In this document: positions 1 to 13,228 of the stretch, piece after piece
How the letters are laid out: the number at the start of each line of letters is the position of its first letter
Position numbering within the stretch: the stretch's first letter is position 1
DNA from: Lama glama
Lineage: Eukaryota
Direction: 5' to 3'
Length of the DNA: 64,000 nucleotides
Assembly (NCBI GenBank): GCA_028534125.1
Contig: CM052816.1
Span: 94,924,001 to 94,988,000, forward strand
Translations under genes and position numbers: made by a program
Notes under the pieces: generated by a model
Told to the model about the DNA's origin: nothing
The model's database searches: none
The model's input: the letters and a program-made list of their open reading frames with translations, nothing else

Positions 1-1036
1 TATTTGAACCTAATTTGCATTTGGCCCAAGGCATTTTGTTTTTGTTGTTGTTGTATTTGTGATGGGGCCACGGCTAGCAGATAGCTCTGTTCTGTGGAAG
101 TGCTCGCTTCAGAGGTGGTGGCGCATAGACTTGATGGGAAACCAAGGTGCCAGGACCAGGGTCAGATGTGGGGGCTTCCAAGGTGAGATGCACCCTCATA
201 CTGTCGGCACAGTAGAAATAAGAGCCCACCACAAAAGTGCCAGGGAAATATGTCACGAGTTAGTGGAATTCAGGGGAGGTGGGCATCATTGGGCCAGGGG
301 AGTGGGCCACGTGGCACTGCTCCAAGCGCGCGATGTGGTCGGGTAACTGAAGTCTCAAGTCACAGTGAGCAGAGCCCATGTCCCCAGTGCTCCAAGCCAG
401 GAAACAATTGTGGGTGTTTTCAGAGCACAAAGAACCACAGGCACAATTAGGTTCACAGTTAACGGTTTTAGCCGTGCAGCGTTCACGCTTTTTTCCCTGT
501 GACTTCCTTGCAATTTAGCCCAATGGGAAACTTACAGCAGACATTCCATAGAGCACTTAACTCTGTGGCGTCCATCAATTTTAATTGGAATCGTGCAGCT
601 GAAACCCTAGGTAGTACTTGACAGCGATAGGGTGTCTTTTAACTCAGGTGTTTCTGGTTCCGCCCTGGGCATCTCTGGAACAGCGTGCGTGATGCATGAC
701 TAACTCCAGAAGGCACGCGTCTAGGCGGCCCTAGAAAGGCGCAGAGTTGAATAGTCAACCTCAGAGGAGCTCCTCCGTTTCTCTCTCCTGGTTTCCATTT
801 ATGAGTAGGGGTGGAGGTGTCAACGGAGGGACTTCCACTCTGAGGACAGCGCGGCAGCAGTGTTCACGGCCGCCCCGACGGGCTGTTGGTCTTTAAATCA
901 CTGAAGCGTGCTGTCCCTGCAGCTCAGCAAAGCAATTACCAAGCCATCACTGTCCTGATTTATAAAGAAATTGCCTCCCTTGGGAGAAGACAGTAAGGTA
1001 CATAGCAGGAATCCAAACTGCAAGACTGTGCTAATC

Positions 1037-1110
1037 CAAAAAAAAGAAAAAGAGAGAGAGAGGGAGAGAAAGACAGGAAGGAAGGAGGGATGGGAGGGAG
1101 GGAAAGGGAA
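1037..1110. repeat. GA-rich low-complexity tract
   Basis: A run then gagagaga/ggaa/ggga repeats. Confidence 0.85.
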
Positions 1111-1931
1111 ATTTATGACTCTGGAATTTTTTTTGACTTGGCTATGATGACGTACCAGCTTTAAAAACACACATGTAGAGAGAAAAATCAAGAGCATTTG
1201 GAGTAAACTCAACCTTCCAGTAAAAGTTTATGGAGGCAGGGCTTGTCCTAATGCTGTTCCGTACCCGTTTCGTACTCACGGTTGGCGTTTCGGATGATAT
1301 TCTGAGAATTCACTTAAAGTAATGAGGTTGCACTGTAGACTTCACTCAAGCAGAGCTCAGAGGCTGCCTCATTTCTCTCCCTTACAACCCAGCCCACTTA
1401 TTTCCCGCACAGTGTAGGGTACTAACCACTGGACTTTCTGCACTTCCAGAAAGAGGACTTGGCAGAAGTGAAGGCTGTCAATCAGGAGAGCATCCTGGAC
1501 CAAGCTGATGCCCGCTTACCTGGAGGCACTCTTGTGGTCAATCAGATCAGAGATGAGGAGAAGTAAATTAAAGCAGCATATTTTTGCCTTCAAAGGTGCA
1601 TCACCGCATCACATCAGTGTTTCTTGTGCAGGGGGCCTTCTTATGCTCTGAGTTACACAGAACACCGTCTGGCCTTGCATAGTCGAGGACTCCACCTCAC
1701 CCCAACCCCCAACATACACACCCCTAGGAAGAATTTTTATTTTCTTATATATGGGGTATTTTGGTCTTGATCAAACCAATACAGTTATTTGATCATCTGG
1801 AAATATCTTCTTAAAACTTGCATGAGCCCACTGCTCATGAACGGTTTTCCAGGGAAAAGGTGGGATGTGAAACATTGAGGGATGGTGTTGGGAAGAATTC
1901 CATTTACCCTTGAGTAAAACAAGCTAAAGCC

Positions 1932-2500
1932 TGGGTATTAGTTTCCTATGGGTGCTATAACAAATGACTGCAGACTTAGTGACTTAGAACAACACACATT
2001 TATTCTACAGTTTCTGTGGGTTAGAATTCTGACGTGAGTCTCCCCAACTTAAAATCAAAGTGTTACTAATGGCTCTTGGGAGGATCTGCTTCCAATCTCC
2101 TTCAGATTGTGACCCAAATCCAGTTCCTTGTGGTGGTGGGACTGAGGTCTCTGTTTCCTTGCTGACTGTCAGCTGAGAGCCATCAGCCTCTCTCTCATCT
2201 TTGCATGTCATCCCCTGTGGGTCAGAACCAGCAATGGAAACTTGAATCTTCATGCTGAAATCTCTCTGACTTCCCTTCTGCTGCTTCTCTCTGACTCCAG
2301 CCAAAGCATGTTCTCTGCTATATTAAGGATCATGTAATTAAATTGAGACCACAGGGATCATCCAGGACAGTCTCCTTATTTTAAAGCCCGTTACCTTAAT
2401 TCCATCTGCAAAGTCCCTTTTCTCGTGTTAGACAACCTATTTACAGTTTCCTGGGATTAGCACATGGACATCTGTGGGCGCCATTATTTGGCCTACCGCA
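1932..2500 (-). mobile_element. MaLR solo LTR (MLT1C/D-like)
   Basis: Starts tgggtattagtttcctatgggtgctataacaaat, ends tatttggcctaccgca; minus-strand AATAAA near 2000. Confidence 0.85.
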
Positions 2501-2742
2501 GTCTGCCCTGTGGTCCCTGCTAAGGTCTCCATGTACTCCTATTTTCATCCCATCCCTGGGTTTCAAGTCAAAGTCCTAAATCTCTTCAGCTCAAAATTCC
2601 AAAACTGCAAAAGTAAGAGTGATATAGAGATGCAGAAAGGAGACGAGGCAGAGAGAGAAAGAGAGGGAAAGACTGGCCTGTCAAGTGCAAGGGAGGGGAG
2701 AGGCCAAGACTTACCAAGTCCTCCTGGCTGGCTCACCAAATA

Positions 2743-3200
2743 TGTTGGCAGAGAGTAAGTTCTTGTCTCAGGCAGGAAAGAATTTAAGAGGGAGGCACAG
2801 TAAAGTGAAAGTAAGTTTATTCAGGGAGATGCACACTCCACAGACAGAGTGTGATTCATCTCACTCAGAAGGGAAAGCAGCTTAGGAGACACACACTCCG
2901 TACGCAGAATTCGGATCATCTCAGAATGCAAGAGGGAGAGAGGCTGAGAGGCGTGGGGGGTTTGGTTTAAAGTAAAAGTAGATACAAACTCCATGGACGA
3001 GTACAGGCCATCTCAGAAGACGACAGAGAGAGAGACCTTGCGAGGTGGGGTTGTTAGTTTTTATTGGCCCTGCAATTTCATATGCTAATAAGTAGGAAGA
3101 ATTATTGCAACTATTTTGAGGAAGGGGCAAGAATTTCCAGGAATTGGGCCTTGCCCCCCTTTTGATCTTTTATGGTCAGCTAGGAACTGTCATGGCACCT
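2743..3200 (-). mobile_element. ERV1-type solo LTR, truncated; same family as 57256-57695
   Basis: Shares gaggcacagtaaagtgaaagtaagtttattc and ttttatggtcagctagga-ctgtcatggc with the 57 kb copy. Confidence 0.85.
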
Positions 3201-3887
3201 AAAACTGCCCGTAAGCCAATGTGCACCTTTCAAATTTGAAGGTGCTTTCTGTTAAATTTCCACAAATTGCCTTCTTGCTAAGAACATATATATTGTACTC
3301 TGTGGTCTTACTTCTTAAGTCACACCCGTGACTTGCTGCTGCAAATGTTAAGGAAAACAATCGATGTCCAAGTTTACAGAATCATAATTTAAGCAAAGAT
3401 TTTAATCTTTAATTTTAATCTATAATTAAGCAAAGGTTTTAATTACAGCTGCAGTGAAGGTGAGCAGTAAAACGTCCATCCATGCCATCCTGTATTTGCT
3501 TCTAGGAACATCCAGATACGACTGGAAGTGCCTGGCCCTCACTTCCAAAGGAGACTGTTTCCCTGATTCTTCCTGCTGCTAGTTTTGTGTTGATGAGACC
3601 AGATCCAGGCACATTAAATGTGTGCCTGCTTACCTTCTTGGACTCTGAGCTCCCTGGGTCAAGGGCCGGGTGTTTGTCTCTTTATCCCAAGTCTTGGCAT
3701 AGCGTGTGGAGTACAGCAGGTGCCCAGTCAAGGTGGGTTGTTTTGTTAGTTTGAATTGACTTACCTCTGTTACCTTTTCTTCCTACAATGGTTCCACACA
3801 GAAATATACTCAACTTTGAGCAAAATATCAAGGGTTTAGAGACCCCCTCCTGAACCCTCTAACTGGACTTTAGATGAGAATCTAGGT

Positions 3888-4063
3888 CAGGGCTTGGCAA
3901 ACTGTGGCCCACTGGCCAAATCCCACCAGTGAGCTGTTGTCCTCTGACTGCAGATAAGAATGAATTTTACATTTTTAAAAGGTTGTGAAAAGAAGAAGAA
4001 GGAAAAGAAACAACAAAGACCCCATGTGGCCCCCAAACCTATAATATTTACTCTCTGACTTCT
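3888..4063. mobile_element. MER58-like hAT relic
   Basis: cagggcttggcaaactgtggccc...ggccaaatcc start; atgtggccc...atatttact internal motif. Confidence 0.75.
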
Positions 4064-4391
4064 GATTTAGTTATTCATAGACAGAAAGATCTCTTTAAAA
4101 CGTGGTGCTTCCAGCTAAAGCAAAAGCAAGCCCTCTTCATGGGAGAAAGGCCTGAGCATGATTGGTAGAATTTCCCATCCCCATGTTACGGATCAGATTA
4201 ATTTCATTGGTTTCTGAGTAGGTGGTCACAAGGTCAAGAAATAAAGAGGATTCACATGTGTGTTTTACTTAGATTTCCCCTCACAACTTAGTGTTGTTTC
4301 CAGATTTTCAAAGGGTGCCAAGTAAAAGACTGTGGCGATTGGTTTAAATGCATCACTGTTGGTGTGGGGGCCACGATGCCCCCTGCCCTGT

Positions 4392-5081
4392 TGTTACCAA
4401 AGTCAGGTCTGGCTGCTTGCTACTCAAAAGTTAACACTTGAGAGACAAGTGTTGGTAGGAAGGGAAAGGTTGCTTTATTTCAGAGACCAGCGACCAGGGG
4501 AGAAGTTGGACTCATGTCCAAAGGCCAACTCCCCTCTGTGAATCAGGGCACAAAGCTTTTAAAGGGGAGCTTCAGGGGTATACAGGTGGAGGGAGGGGGC
4601 TACTGCAGAACAGCACAGCCAGCTCCCACAATCATCTTGAAATTGCTCACGCAGTGGTCTGATCAGTGTCATCGTGATTGTTTTAAGTACAGTTAATCTT
4701 TAGTTCCAGGGTGATTTGTTCCCATTTCTTTGAGGCCAGTTCTTGGAATTGTGGCAGCTTATGGCATGGCTACAGTCTGGTCATTCTGTAGTTAACTTCT
4801 TCCACTGGTTCGAGTTTCAGTATCTACATAACAGTCCAAAGGATGTGGCTCAGAATATTATCTATAGTCCTTGAAGAGGAACGTAAGGTTCTTGACTCTG
4901 CTTAATGAGTGAACTATTATTTGGTCTTGTTTGACTGATCTCCTTTGCTTCTACATTTTCTCACTTCTCTGATTAAAAATATTCTTTGGCTGAAGTTTTT
5001 CTACAGATAAAAGGCAGGTGGAGGGATGTGGTGGGGAGAGGGTTATCCCAGGAAGGCTGCATGGAGTCCTGCTTGGTTTTA
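4392..5081 (-). mobile_element. ERV1-type solo LTR with 4-bp TSD
   Basis: tgttaccaaa...cctgcttggtttta flanked by CTGT (4388-4391 and 5082-5085); minus-strand AATAAA near 4477. Confidence 0.88.
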
Positions 5082-5189
5082 CTGTTGGGAAGAGATGACC
5101 AAGTATTAAAAACCCATGTATCATGTGGCTCCAGTGGATGATTACAGGATCATTCAACAAATATCCCAATTCCCTGCTGTGGGCTAGGA

Positions 5190-5340
5190 CAGCGATTCTC
5201 AAGCCCTGGTGTGGATTGGCATCAATCTGACAGAACATACTGAGGCCCAGCGTTATTGGACTAGGGTGAGGACCTGAGCCTTTGAATTTTTATCAAGTCC
5301 CAAAGACAATTTGGATGCAGCAGAGGTTTGAGAACCACTG
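5190..5340. mobile_element. MER5A-like hAT relic
   Basis: Terminal inverted repeats cagcgattctcaa ... ttgagaaccactg. Confidence 0.8.
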
Positions 5341-5405
5341 GGCTGAGCAATGTTCAGTACTGAAGCCCTGCAGATCAGACCCTCAGGGAGCCTAGCTACC
5401 CGGCA

Positions 5406-5613
5406 CAGGGTCCTCAGCCTCCACACGGCATTCTTCTCTGGGGGGCTGGTCCTGGGCATCGCAGGATGTTTAGCAGCAGCCCTGACCACGTGCAGATACT
5501 AGATGCCAGGAACACCCTTCCCTCTGCAGCTGTGACAACCAAAATGTTCCAAGGCGCCCAGACATTAGTAAATGTTCCCCGGGGGCAAAAACCACCATGG
5601 TTGAGAACTACTG
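5406..5613. mobile_element. MER20 hAT relic
   Basis: gcaggatgtttagcagc, tagatgccag, gtgacaaccaaaatgt, ggttgagaactactg. Confidence 0.8.
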
Positions 5614-8600
5614 GCTAGAAGTAGACAGCCCTGAAAACATGTTATTCGGCAATCATTCACTGAGTTCCTGCTCGGTCCTATGTAGTGGGGAGCAAGGAAC
5701 AGACAACCAAGAAGAGGATGCTTCCCACCCCTCCCCGCAAAGACAGACCCACTTGAACATCAGATCTGCCCTGTGCTGTCACCTGTGATGGATTCTGTCT
5801 CTCCCCTGCCTGTCCTGATGTGTTGGCATCAAGGCCTTGCTGAGTGGGTGGCTTCATATTTCAGCTTTGCCTCCAGACTACCTGTGTTTCTTGAAACGAC
5901 CTCAGCTCTGCTCTCTAAAGCCCTCTGGCCGCCCCGTCCCACCGCTCACACATGTTTACAGTCTCAGGAACCCAGCCCAGATCCTGCAGAGACCCAGCAT
6001 CTGGGCTCTGCTGATTATAAGTTGGGAGATGAGGCCAAGGAGCCCAGAGATATGCAGGGCTGGGCCAATAGGAAGGATGGTACGGAGTTTTAGCAGGGCT
6101 GGAACCCAGGACTCAAGGGGCGTGGGCCAGGTATGAGATGACCCCACTGGAGGCCAGATTATAAAAGCCAAGAATCGGGTGAGGTGGAGAGGAAAGGAGG
6201 TAACAGCACAGGGAGACAAAGTAATCTTGAACCAGAAAACTCTTCCTACAGACCTGTGGGCGAGGTGGGTGTGACACCGGGGAGAGCCTGATTGGCTCCC
6301 GGCAGCAAACGTGCAGTTCGCTCCAGCACTCAGTGCGTATGATCAGTGTTATCAACGATCATAAGAAACTTCAGATCTCAAGCTGAACAAGTTTACAAGG
6401 ATGGTGGTTGTAGTGGCAGAACAGAAATCGCAGTAGAAGCCTGCATGGATGGTGTCACAGACATCTGATACTTATCCAATAAGCACAGAGGTGATTCAGT
6501 TCCGGACTCCATGTGAATTCCAGTCCATTGCAAGAGCTAAGCACGCATGTAATAGCCAGCTCGCATTGAGCACCTCGGATGTACCGGGCACTCAGCTGCA
6601 CGCTGGGCATACAAATAACCATGACATGCCTTCTGCCCCCTTGAAAGTCCCAGTGCAGCAATAAGGTCACAGCCTAAATATTGCCAATGCAAAATCAATG
6701 GTGATCAATAAGCAATCAATAAGATTCAAAGAGCTAAGGGAGTATGGAGAAGGGAGAGGCTGATTTCAAACAGATTGATTACTCAAACTTTCATCCCTTG
6801 CTTTTCTATGTGATTTGATCCCCCATATCCGGACCATCTGAAGTGGAGACGTGCAAACTGGAGCCTTTCATGTAAATTCCACTTTGGACCCTACGAGCAC
6901 AGTATATTAAATTTTTTTTTAATGAACATAGTGAGTGATGGAAGCTCAGAGAAATGAGATGCCAAACAGCACTGAAGATAGGGAAAATAAAGCAGTTTAG
7001 CTAGTTACATTTGAGTAAGAATGATGGCAAGAGATGTCATATCTTTTAATTGTAAGCTATAGAAATAAATTGTTTCATTTTTCATCTATTCGATAAAAAG
7101 ATTATAGAATCCACTTTAGGCAGAAATTTTCAAGTGACATATCAACTGACAATTCCATCAAGATTATAAAAATTACTTCTAAGGCATAGAAATTATAGCA
7201 TCATTGTGCTTTTTAAAAAAATAGCTACAAGTATTTGTTTTAATGCTACATTTGTGCATAGAATTTTGCTGTACCAGTTTCTAGCAAGACATGAAAATCA
7301 CTCCCCTAATGTGAGCAGAAGATGGTTTAAGTACAACAGCAGGGAAGAACTTTGTAGGTTGGGCATTGACTCTTTGTGAAAACACTTACGTAGGACCATA
7401 ATTACGATTAACTTGTTCAGTGACCAATACACAAGGTCACTGGGCTTTTTCTTTTTAAACAGTGAAACATACAAGTGTAATAAATTTTGTGCTAGGGAGT
7501 AAAGGAAACCTTCCTCTCCTCCAGAGGGAGAAACCAAAGATAATCTTGTGATACAATTCACTTGTTCAGGGATAGTTGATTAAAAGTGGAAACCCAACCC
7601 AACCCAACCAAACTAAAGGCTTGTAGGACACCGTTACCCACTGAAAAAGAGACATGTTCATACCTCAATTCACTTAAAAATATATATAACTTGTTAGTCT
7701 TTTTCATTTCTCAGTGTCTTACACATTTTAATATAGTAGCCAGTTAGTAACTTTTTTTTAATTTTAGAGATTAGACTAGAATCGAACAGGAACTAGAATA
7801 AAGAAAAAATGCTCAAATTAATATCAGAAATTTACGATGTTGACAGAGTTGTTAATTCCTGATCGTTCCCCTTGGCTGGCCCTGCCTGTTCATTGATTAC
7901 CAATGAAAATAGGGCTGATCATTATGATGTGTATTTGTGAATCAAGAGGCAGCCTGCCCCCATCGTGACGCTGCACAGGGAAGACAGCATTCATCAGTGA
8001 AGGAAAAGTGTAGAGGATATTTGAGACTAAGGTGCGCAAGAGCTATCCCTCAGTTCTTTCAAGTCAAAATTCCATCTTTCTGTCTGGAAACATGACCTCA
8101 TCACAGCATGAAGGGGCAGGATTTAAGACACATAATCATATATTGCACCCAGCATTCTTCTGACCAAAGAGATCTGATCAGAACTTTTGTCAAACCTATT
8201 ACTCTCTCAGTGTCCAAGTTCAACCTGCTGAAAATCATTTCAAGGATGAGTGGTCTGAAAATACTCTCTTAAAATGGCCATCCTTCTAGTTTGGATAATG
8301 CAGCGTGCCTCTCACCACTGTTTCTCTCCCAGGAGGAGTCCTTCCTCCCTCCCAAGGATTCTGTCAGAAACGGGGGGTGGCCCCCCAAGGCAGAATCTGT
8401 AACATTTCACTTAAAAACACTTCTCGTATTTGCTCAGTTATGTTACCTAAGGAACTGAGGAGTTTTGTTTATATTTCAAGATCAGCAAATGCCAAAAATA
8501 CTAATTTGAATTGAATAACCTTTCCCAGTGTTACACGAAAATGCTGATACACCCTATGTAAACATGTCTACAGAATTTTTTAGACATTAAAGAAAACATT

Positions 8601-8709
8601 TATGTTCAGTAGTACTTTAGTATTGAGCCTATTTTATTTTGATTTAATTCCTAAAAAAATATAGTCCATATTGTATATCACGCCTGAAGCCCTTGCTTTC
8701 CTCTGCTTC

Positions 8710-8860
8710 ACCGACCTGGGTTTTGTTCCAGCTTCTCTATTTTCTTTGTATGTGGCGTTGAACAACCTCTCGGAGCCTCCGTTTTCTCATATGTTGAACA
8801 GAATGAAGTATAGTGGGGAAGGTTGTTGGGAAAACAGAATGAGAATACCTCTGTCAGTTA
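8710..8860 (+). mobile_element. MIR fragment
   Basis: aacctctcggagcctccgttttctcat MIR core. Confidence 0.6.
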
Positions 8861-9015
8861 CAGCGTGTTTTTGGAGATCCGTTCTATCCAACTACTCCTG
8901 TGGGTTCTGCCCAAGGTGACAAATTCTTGAAATCTGCCACGTGGTGGGCCTCAGCAGTCAGCAGAGAACACTACCCTCCCCAACCAAACCCTCCCCACCA
9001 GAACCAGAGCCAGAG

Positions 9016-9151
9016 CAGTGGTTTTCAATGTCAGCATCACCAAATATGCAAATTATCCGACTCCACCTGTGCTCCCTAGGTGGGTCCCAGCAATTTACAG
9101 GCACACACCCTCCATGTGATTCTTTTGCTAGGCATAGTTTGAGAGCCACTG
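9016..9151. mobile_element. MER5A-like relic
   Basis: cagtggttttcaa ... tttgagagccactg TIRs. Confidence 0.75.
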
Positions 9152-10030
9152 TCCTACCTAGATCATTCTCTCTTTCCATCACCCTTCCCCAAGTTTCTAA
9201 ATTCTTTCTGTCCCTTGGTACCTTCTGTTAACTCACCTCCTCCAGCACCCCTCCAAAAGGCTGTGCTGTCCCTGAGTCAGTCACTGCAAAAGTCTCTACT
9301 GGAAGTGCATCCTAGCTGTGGTTAGCAGACGAAGAACGTGACGACAAGCACCCCGACGATTCACCTTCGACTGGATTGTCTCGTGTCTTGTAGGTCGAGA
9401 CGTGCTGTCTGTCTCCCAGCTGTGTGTCCATTACAAGAGGCCCCTTCGGTTGGCTTTAGCTCCCTTTGCCGTTACAGGAAGGAGCCTGGGCTTCTCCGAC
9501 CCATAAAAGGTGCCATGGGCACTCCGATGACTCAGTTTTCACCTAAACCTCTATTTATGTTCTTGGGATAAATTTTAGAAGTTTACCTCTGGTGGGGCCA
9601 AGGTAGGTATATTTTTGAGGCAGGTGAACTTAGGGCTGTAAGATATTTCACTAAGTTGGAAGCTTTGTCTTTGAAAGGAATTTCAGCCTTCTCAAAGAAG
9701 AGGAATCCTTTGAATCAAAGAGCTTCTGATTCCCTTGTCGAATGTAAGGGAAGCAGACCTTGAAGACTTTTCCAAAGTCTCCGTCCTTAGCGGTCGCAGG
9801 ACTGTCAGGGATGGCGTGTTTGGAGTTCTGCATTCTCCCTCTCTAGTGTTCCGTTGCAGACATCGTGATTCAGCCGGTTCTAGGAGGCATTTGTGGAAGC
9901 CATTCCTACTCATTAAAACTATATTCTTGGTACATGCTTTGAAAAGGCAGTGTTTTCATTAAAGCTATCTCAGCAGGTGGGCAAAAGAACGCTCTTTTGA
10001 TGACCACCATGAAGGATGCTGACACCTCTC

Positions 10031-10339
10031 TTTTTTTTAATTGAAATATAGTCGATTTACAATGGTGTGTTAATTTCTGGTGTATGGCATAGTGATTCAG
10101 TTATATACGTATATTCATTTTCATATTCTTCTTATTTTAGGCTATTACAGGATATGGAGTTCAGTCCCCTGTGCTATAGACTCAGACCTTGTCATTCATC
10201 TATTTTATACATAGTAGTGTGTATCTGCAAATCCCAAACTCCCAATTTACTCCTCCTCTCCCCTCCTCACTGCCCCGGGTAACCTTAAGTTTGCTTTCTA
10301 TGCCTGTGTGTCTCTTTCTGTTTTGGAGATCCATTCATT
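10031..10339 (-). mobile_element. 5'-truncated L1 3' end abutting the exon acceptor
   Basis: Poly-T, ttgaaatatagtcgatttacaat...ctgtgctata...tttctgttttg; TGCTGACAC on both sides (10017, 10340). Confidence 0.9.
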
Positions 10340-10366
10340 TGCTGACACACCCTTTTTGCTTTGCAG

Positions 10367-10484
10367 GAACGTTAGTTCGGCCGGAGAGGAAGCCCGCAGG
10401 AGGATGCGGGAGTGCGACGGGCTCACGGACGCGCTGCTCTACGTGATTCAGTCTGCGCTGGGGAGCAGTGAGATTGATAGCAAG
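10367..10484 (+). CDS. CTNND2: Delta-catenin coding exon (ARM domain; probably human exon 13): (R)[39 protein letters not shown]
   Basis: Acceptor cctttttgctttgcag, donor AAG|gtctgt, 118 nt (1 + 39 codons); peptide recognised as delta-catenin; phase-0 join to next exon. Confidence 0.97.
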
Positions 10485-11146
10485 GTCTGTTGTGTTTGCA
10501 CAGGTGAAGCGTCTTACAGAATAAAGATGTCCGGGGACTAAACAACGGCTAACAAGGATGAGGAGTTAGCGCGGAGTTTAATACTTTGAGTCTGAAATCT
10601 GTATCGACAGGGCTTCCAATCCTAGCCTAGAACTAGACACTTAATTCTTGATTAGTAGCACGTGACAATTAAAGTAACTCAAACTACAGGTGTTCCAGAT
10701 GAGTGTATAAACTTTCACACACCAGGGTACCCACTGTCTTCTAGCTTTATTTTCTAAAATCCACTTTCAAAAGAAAAAGGAAATATTAAAACTACCTGAG
10801 ATTTGAATAAGCCTGTATTCTTACAAGATAGCTTTTTCACAGCTTAATTCTATCAAATGCCATTTAAAGAATGCCTGATGAAGTCTAAATAAATGCCATC
10901 AAAATGCTAAATTAACGAGGCTGTCAAAATGTTAATCATTAGTGTCTACTCAGTGTTTTACTTCACAAACCAAAATAGAATTGGGTGAGCTTCTCCAGTG
11001 TTTGAGCTGTTTTGTTTTATCTTAATTTGTCTTTTGATTCGTGTTGATTCACTTTAAATAAGAATCTGTAATTTCATAATATCCTATAAACGCAGACTTT
11101 ACTGATGCTCTAAAGTAATAGGTGTGGTGAGCATGACACCTTAGTA

Positions 11147-11362
11147 AGCTCTTCTCGAGAGCCACACTGTTGGCATTTTGGGCTGCGTATTGCTTTACTG
11201 GGGGTGATCCCGTGCCCTGCTGGATACTGAGCAGCGTTCCTGGCCTCCACCCACAAGATGCCAGTACCGTGCCCCCCACCCCCATTGTAACAAACAAAAA
11301 TGTCTCCAAACATTGCCAAATGTGCCATGAAGAATTTAAAAATGGCCCTGGTTGTGAACCAA
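11147..11362. mobile_element. MER20 relic
   Basis: cctggcctccacccacaagatgccagta; aaaaatgtctccaaacattgccaaatgt. Confidence 0.85.
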
Positions 11363-11375
11363 AGCCTTAATCCCA

Positions 11376-11836
11376 CAGTTTTAATGCCAACTCTTCATCA
11401 GAATTGCCTTTGGAGCATTTAATAAATGCGCATGCCTGGACCCACCCCTACCACAGCCCCCTGAATCCGAATGTCCAACTCTCGTCTCCGATGTCTGCTC
11501 CTCTGAAATTTCCTCTGGTCATTCCATGTGCATCTTGGATTGCGAACCCACCTTAGTAGATCCAGCTTTACAGTGGACTCCAATCGAGAATACAGAATAA
11601 TGTAATTGAGTTGGCAGGTCAGATAAAGAACAAGCAAGACTGATTTTATTCATTTAGTTGCTAATGGCATGGGGATGATTTCGCATGGCACTTCTCAATC
11701 TTCGCTACACATTAGAGTGACTGAAAAGTTTAGGAAGTTACTGATTCCTGAGCCCTACTCCCTAAAGATCGGAATCCATGATCTCTGCTGGGACGCCAGC
11801 CCTTTTAAGACGAGGTCAGTCCAGTTACGAACACTG
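11376..11836. mobile_element. Two degraded MER5-like relics
   Basis: catcagaattgcct...gcctggacccacccc and cttctcaatctt...cacattaga motifs. Confidence 0.5.
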
Positions 11837-12971
11837 TCATCTTGACACTGCCACTCAGTTCCATTCGCATCCATTCATTTACTGTGTACATGTTATCAAT
11901 TGCAAAAGTGAAATATTCTATAAAAGATTGAATCAACCTCTCTTGTAAAAGCCTTAACAGCCATTATAGACCTTTTCATATCATTGACAGGAAAATTAAG
12001 TCCCTAAAGAGGCAACCAGTCAAGAAGATGTCTTGAGTATATACAGATACCTGTTAACACAACAGACATGGGATTTAGTTTTTAAAAAGCTGCTGAAAGT
12101 AATTCGTATGTCACAGAAGCTGCCAAGGATCTTAATATTCCGAGTGGTAAAGACTAAGGCAGGGGACCTGAAGCCGCTTACTGTGATGGAGACCAAGCAA
12201 GCGAGAATACTGCCTGGGCCTTGCAGTTGAAAATAAAAGAAGAGTCAACTTTCTCTTGCCTTGGCCAAGTGCCCGCACCACTAGTGTGGTGGGTTAGGCA
12301 GCCTCCAAGAGTGTGGTCCAAAATCAAAGTGCTGTGAGGCACACATGCTGTTTTCTGATGCCTTGGATGACCAGACTCCTCAGACTCTTGGCGGAGCTTG
12401 GAGACCCTCTGTCTTAGTGTCCACGTTTTCCACCAAAGAGTCAACTGGAAAAATTAGGACCATGCTGACAGATGTGCTTTCTCCCCCTCCCAGCGACCAG
12501 AGGCAGGACCCGAGCAACCTCCCCTTGGAGACGAGGAGGATCCTCGTAGCTGGTGAAAGAACCAAATGTGATTAACCGCCCGGGGCGGTGCTCTGCAGGC
12601 CAGAATGTGCTGTTCAATTTTAAACGTATTATTATTGTCCTGTTATTTTCCACTCAGCCCTGTGCTCGGCCACTTCAGAGCTTTCACGACGACAAGTTAG
12701 AGGCGGGAAGAATGTGAGTGCACGCTGTCTCCGGGGCCAGCGAAGTTAATGAGTAAAAGAGCCTGGATGCCGTGCACGCCCTCAGCTCGGCTCCCATAAT
12801 TGGGACAGTTTGTTGAATGGGTAACATATGGTGGCACATTCTACAGACAGCTTCCAAATTAGCCCTTTCTAATAGAAAATAAGGAATCAAAATGACCCTG
12901 GTGACCAAGAGGAGCTGTTGAAAGCTCTGGTGACAGCAATGCATATGGAAACCAAAACCAACAGCTGCCAT

Positions 12972-12985
12972 GCGCCTTCTGCTGG
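12972..12985 (-). promoter_or_regulatory. CTCF-like motif
   Basis: Reverse complement CCAGCAGAAGGCGC, one mismatch to CCAGCAGAGGGCGC; motif only. Confidence 0.35.
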
Positions 12986-13210
12986 TGTCGCCACGAAAGA
13001 CGGGCGCTGGTCTTTATTTATTTTTTTTTTTTCCGTACCCTTCGGAGAAAAGCGCTTGACTTGGTAATTCTCCTAAAACAAGCTGAAGGAGAGAGATGAG
13101 TTCGGTTCCTGGGAACACCCCCCCCACATCCTTCCCTCTAAACCACCTCTTCTCCTCCTCCCCCGACCCCCCACCGCCGCTTTCTCTCTCCCCATCCGTC
13201 TTCTCTGCAG

Positions 13211-13228
13211 ATCATCCCCCAGCCACAG
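13211..13228 (+). CDS. CTNND2: Candidate 18-nt microexon (IIPQPQ)
   Basis: ~90-nt pyrimidine-rich tract ending tcttctctgcag, ATCATCCCCCAGCCACAG, then gtagat; frame-preserving in a phase-0 intron. No transcript evidence. Confidence 0.4.

Noticed and set aside
833..853. REST/RE1-like site
   Set aside because: Only the right half GGACAGCGC matches; left half poor.
2820..3030. Spaced repeats resembling a CRISPR-like array
   Set aside because: Degenerate sub-repeats inside an LTR in mammalian DNA; no cas genes.
7889..7907. Inverted repeat TTCATTG-N5-CAATGAA
   Set aside because: 7-bp arms are expected by chance in 64 kb.
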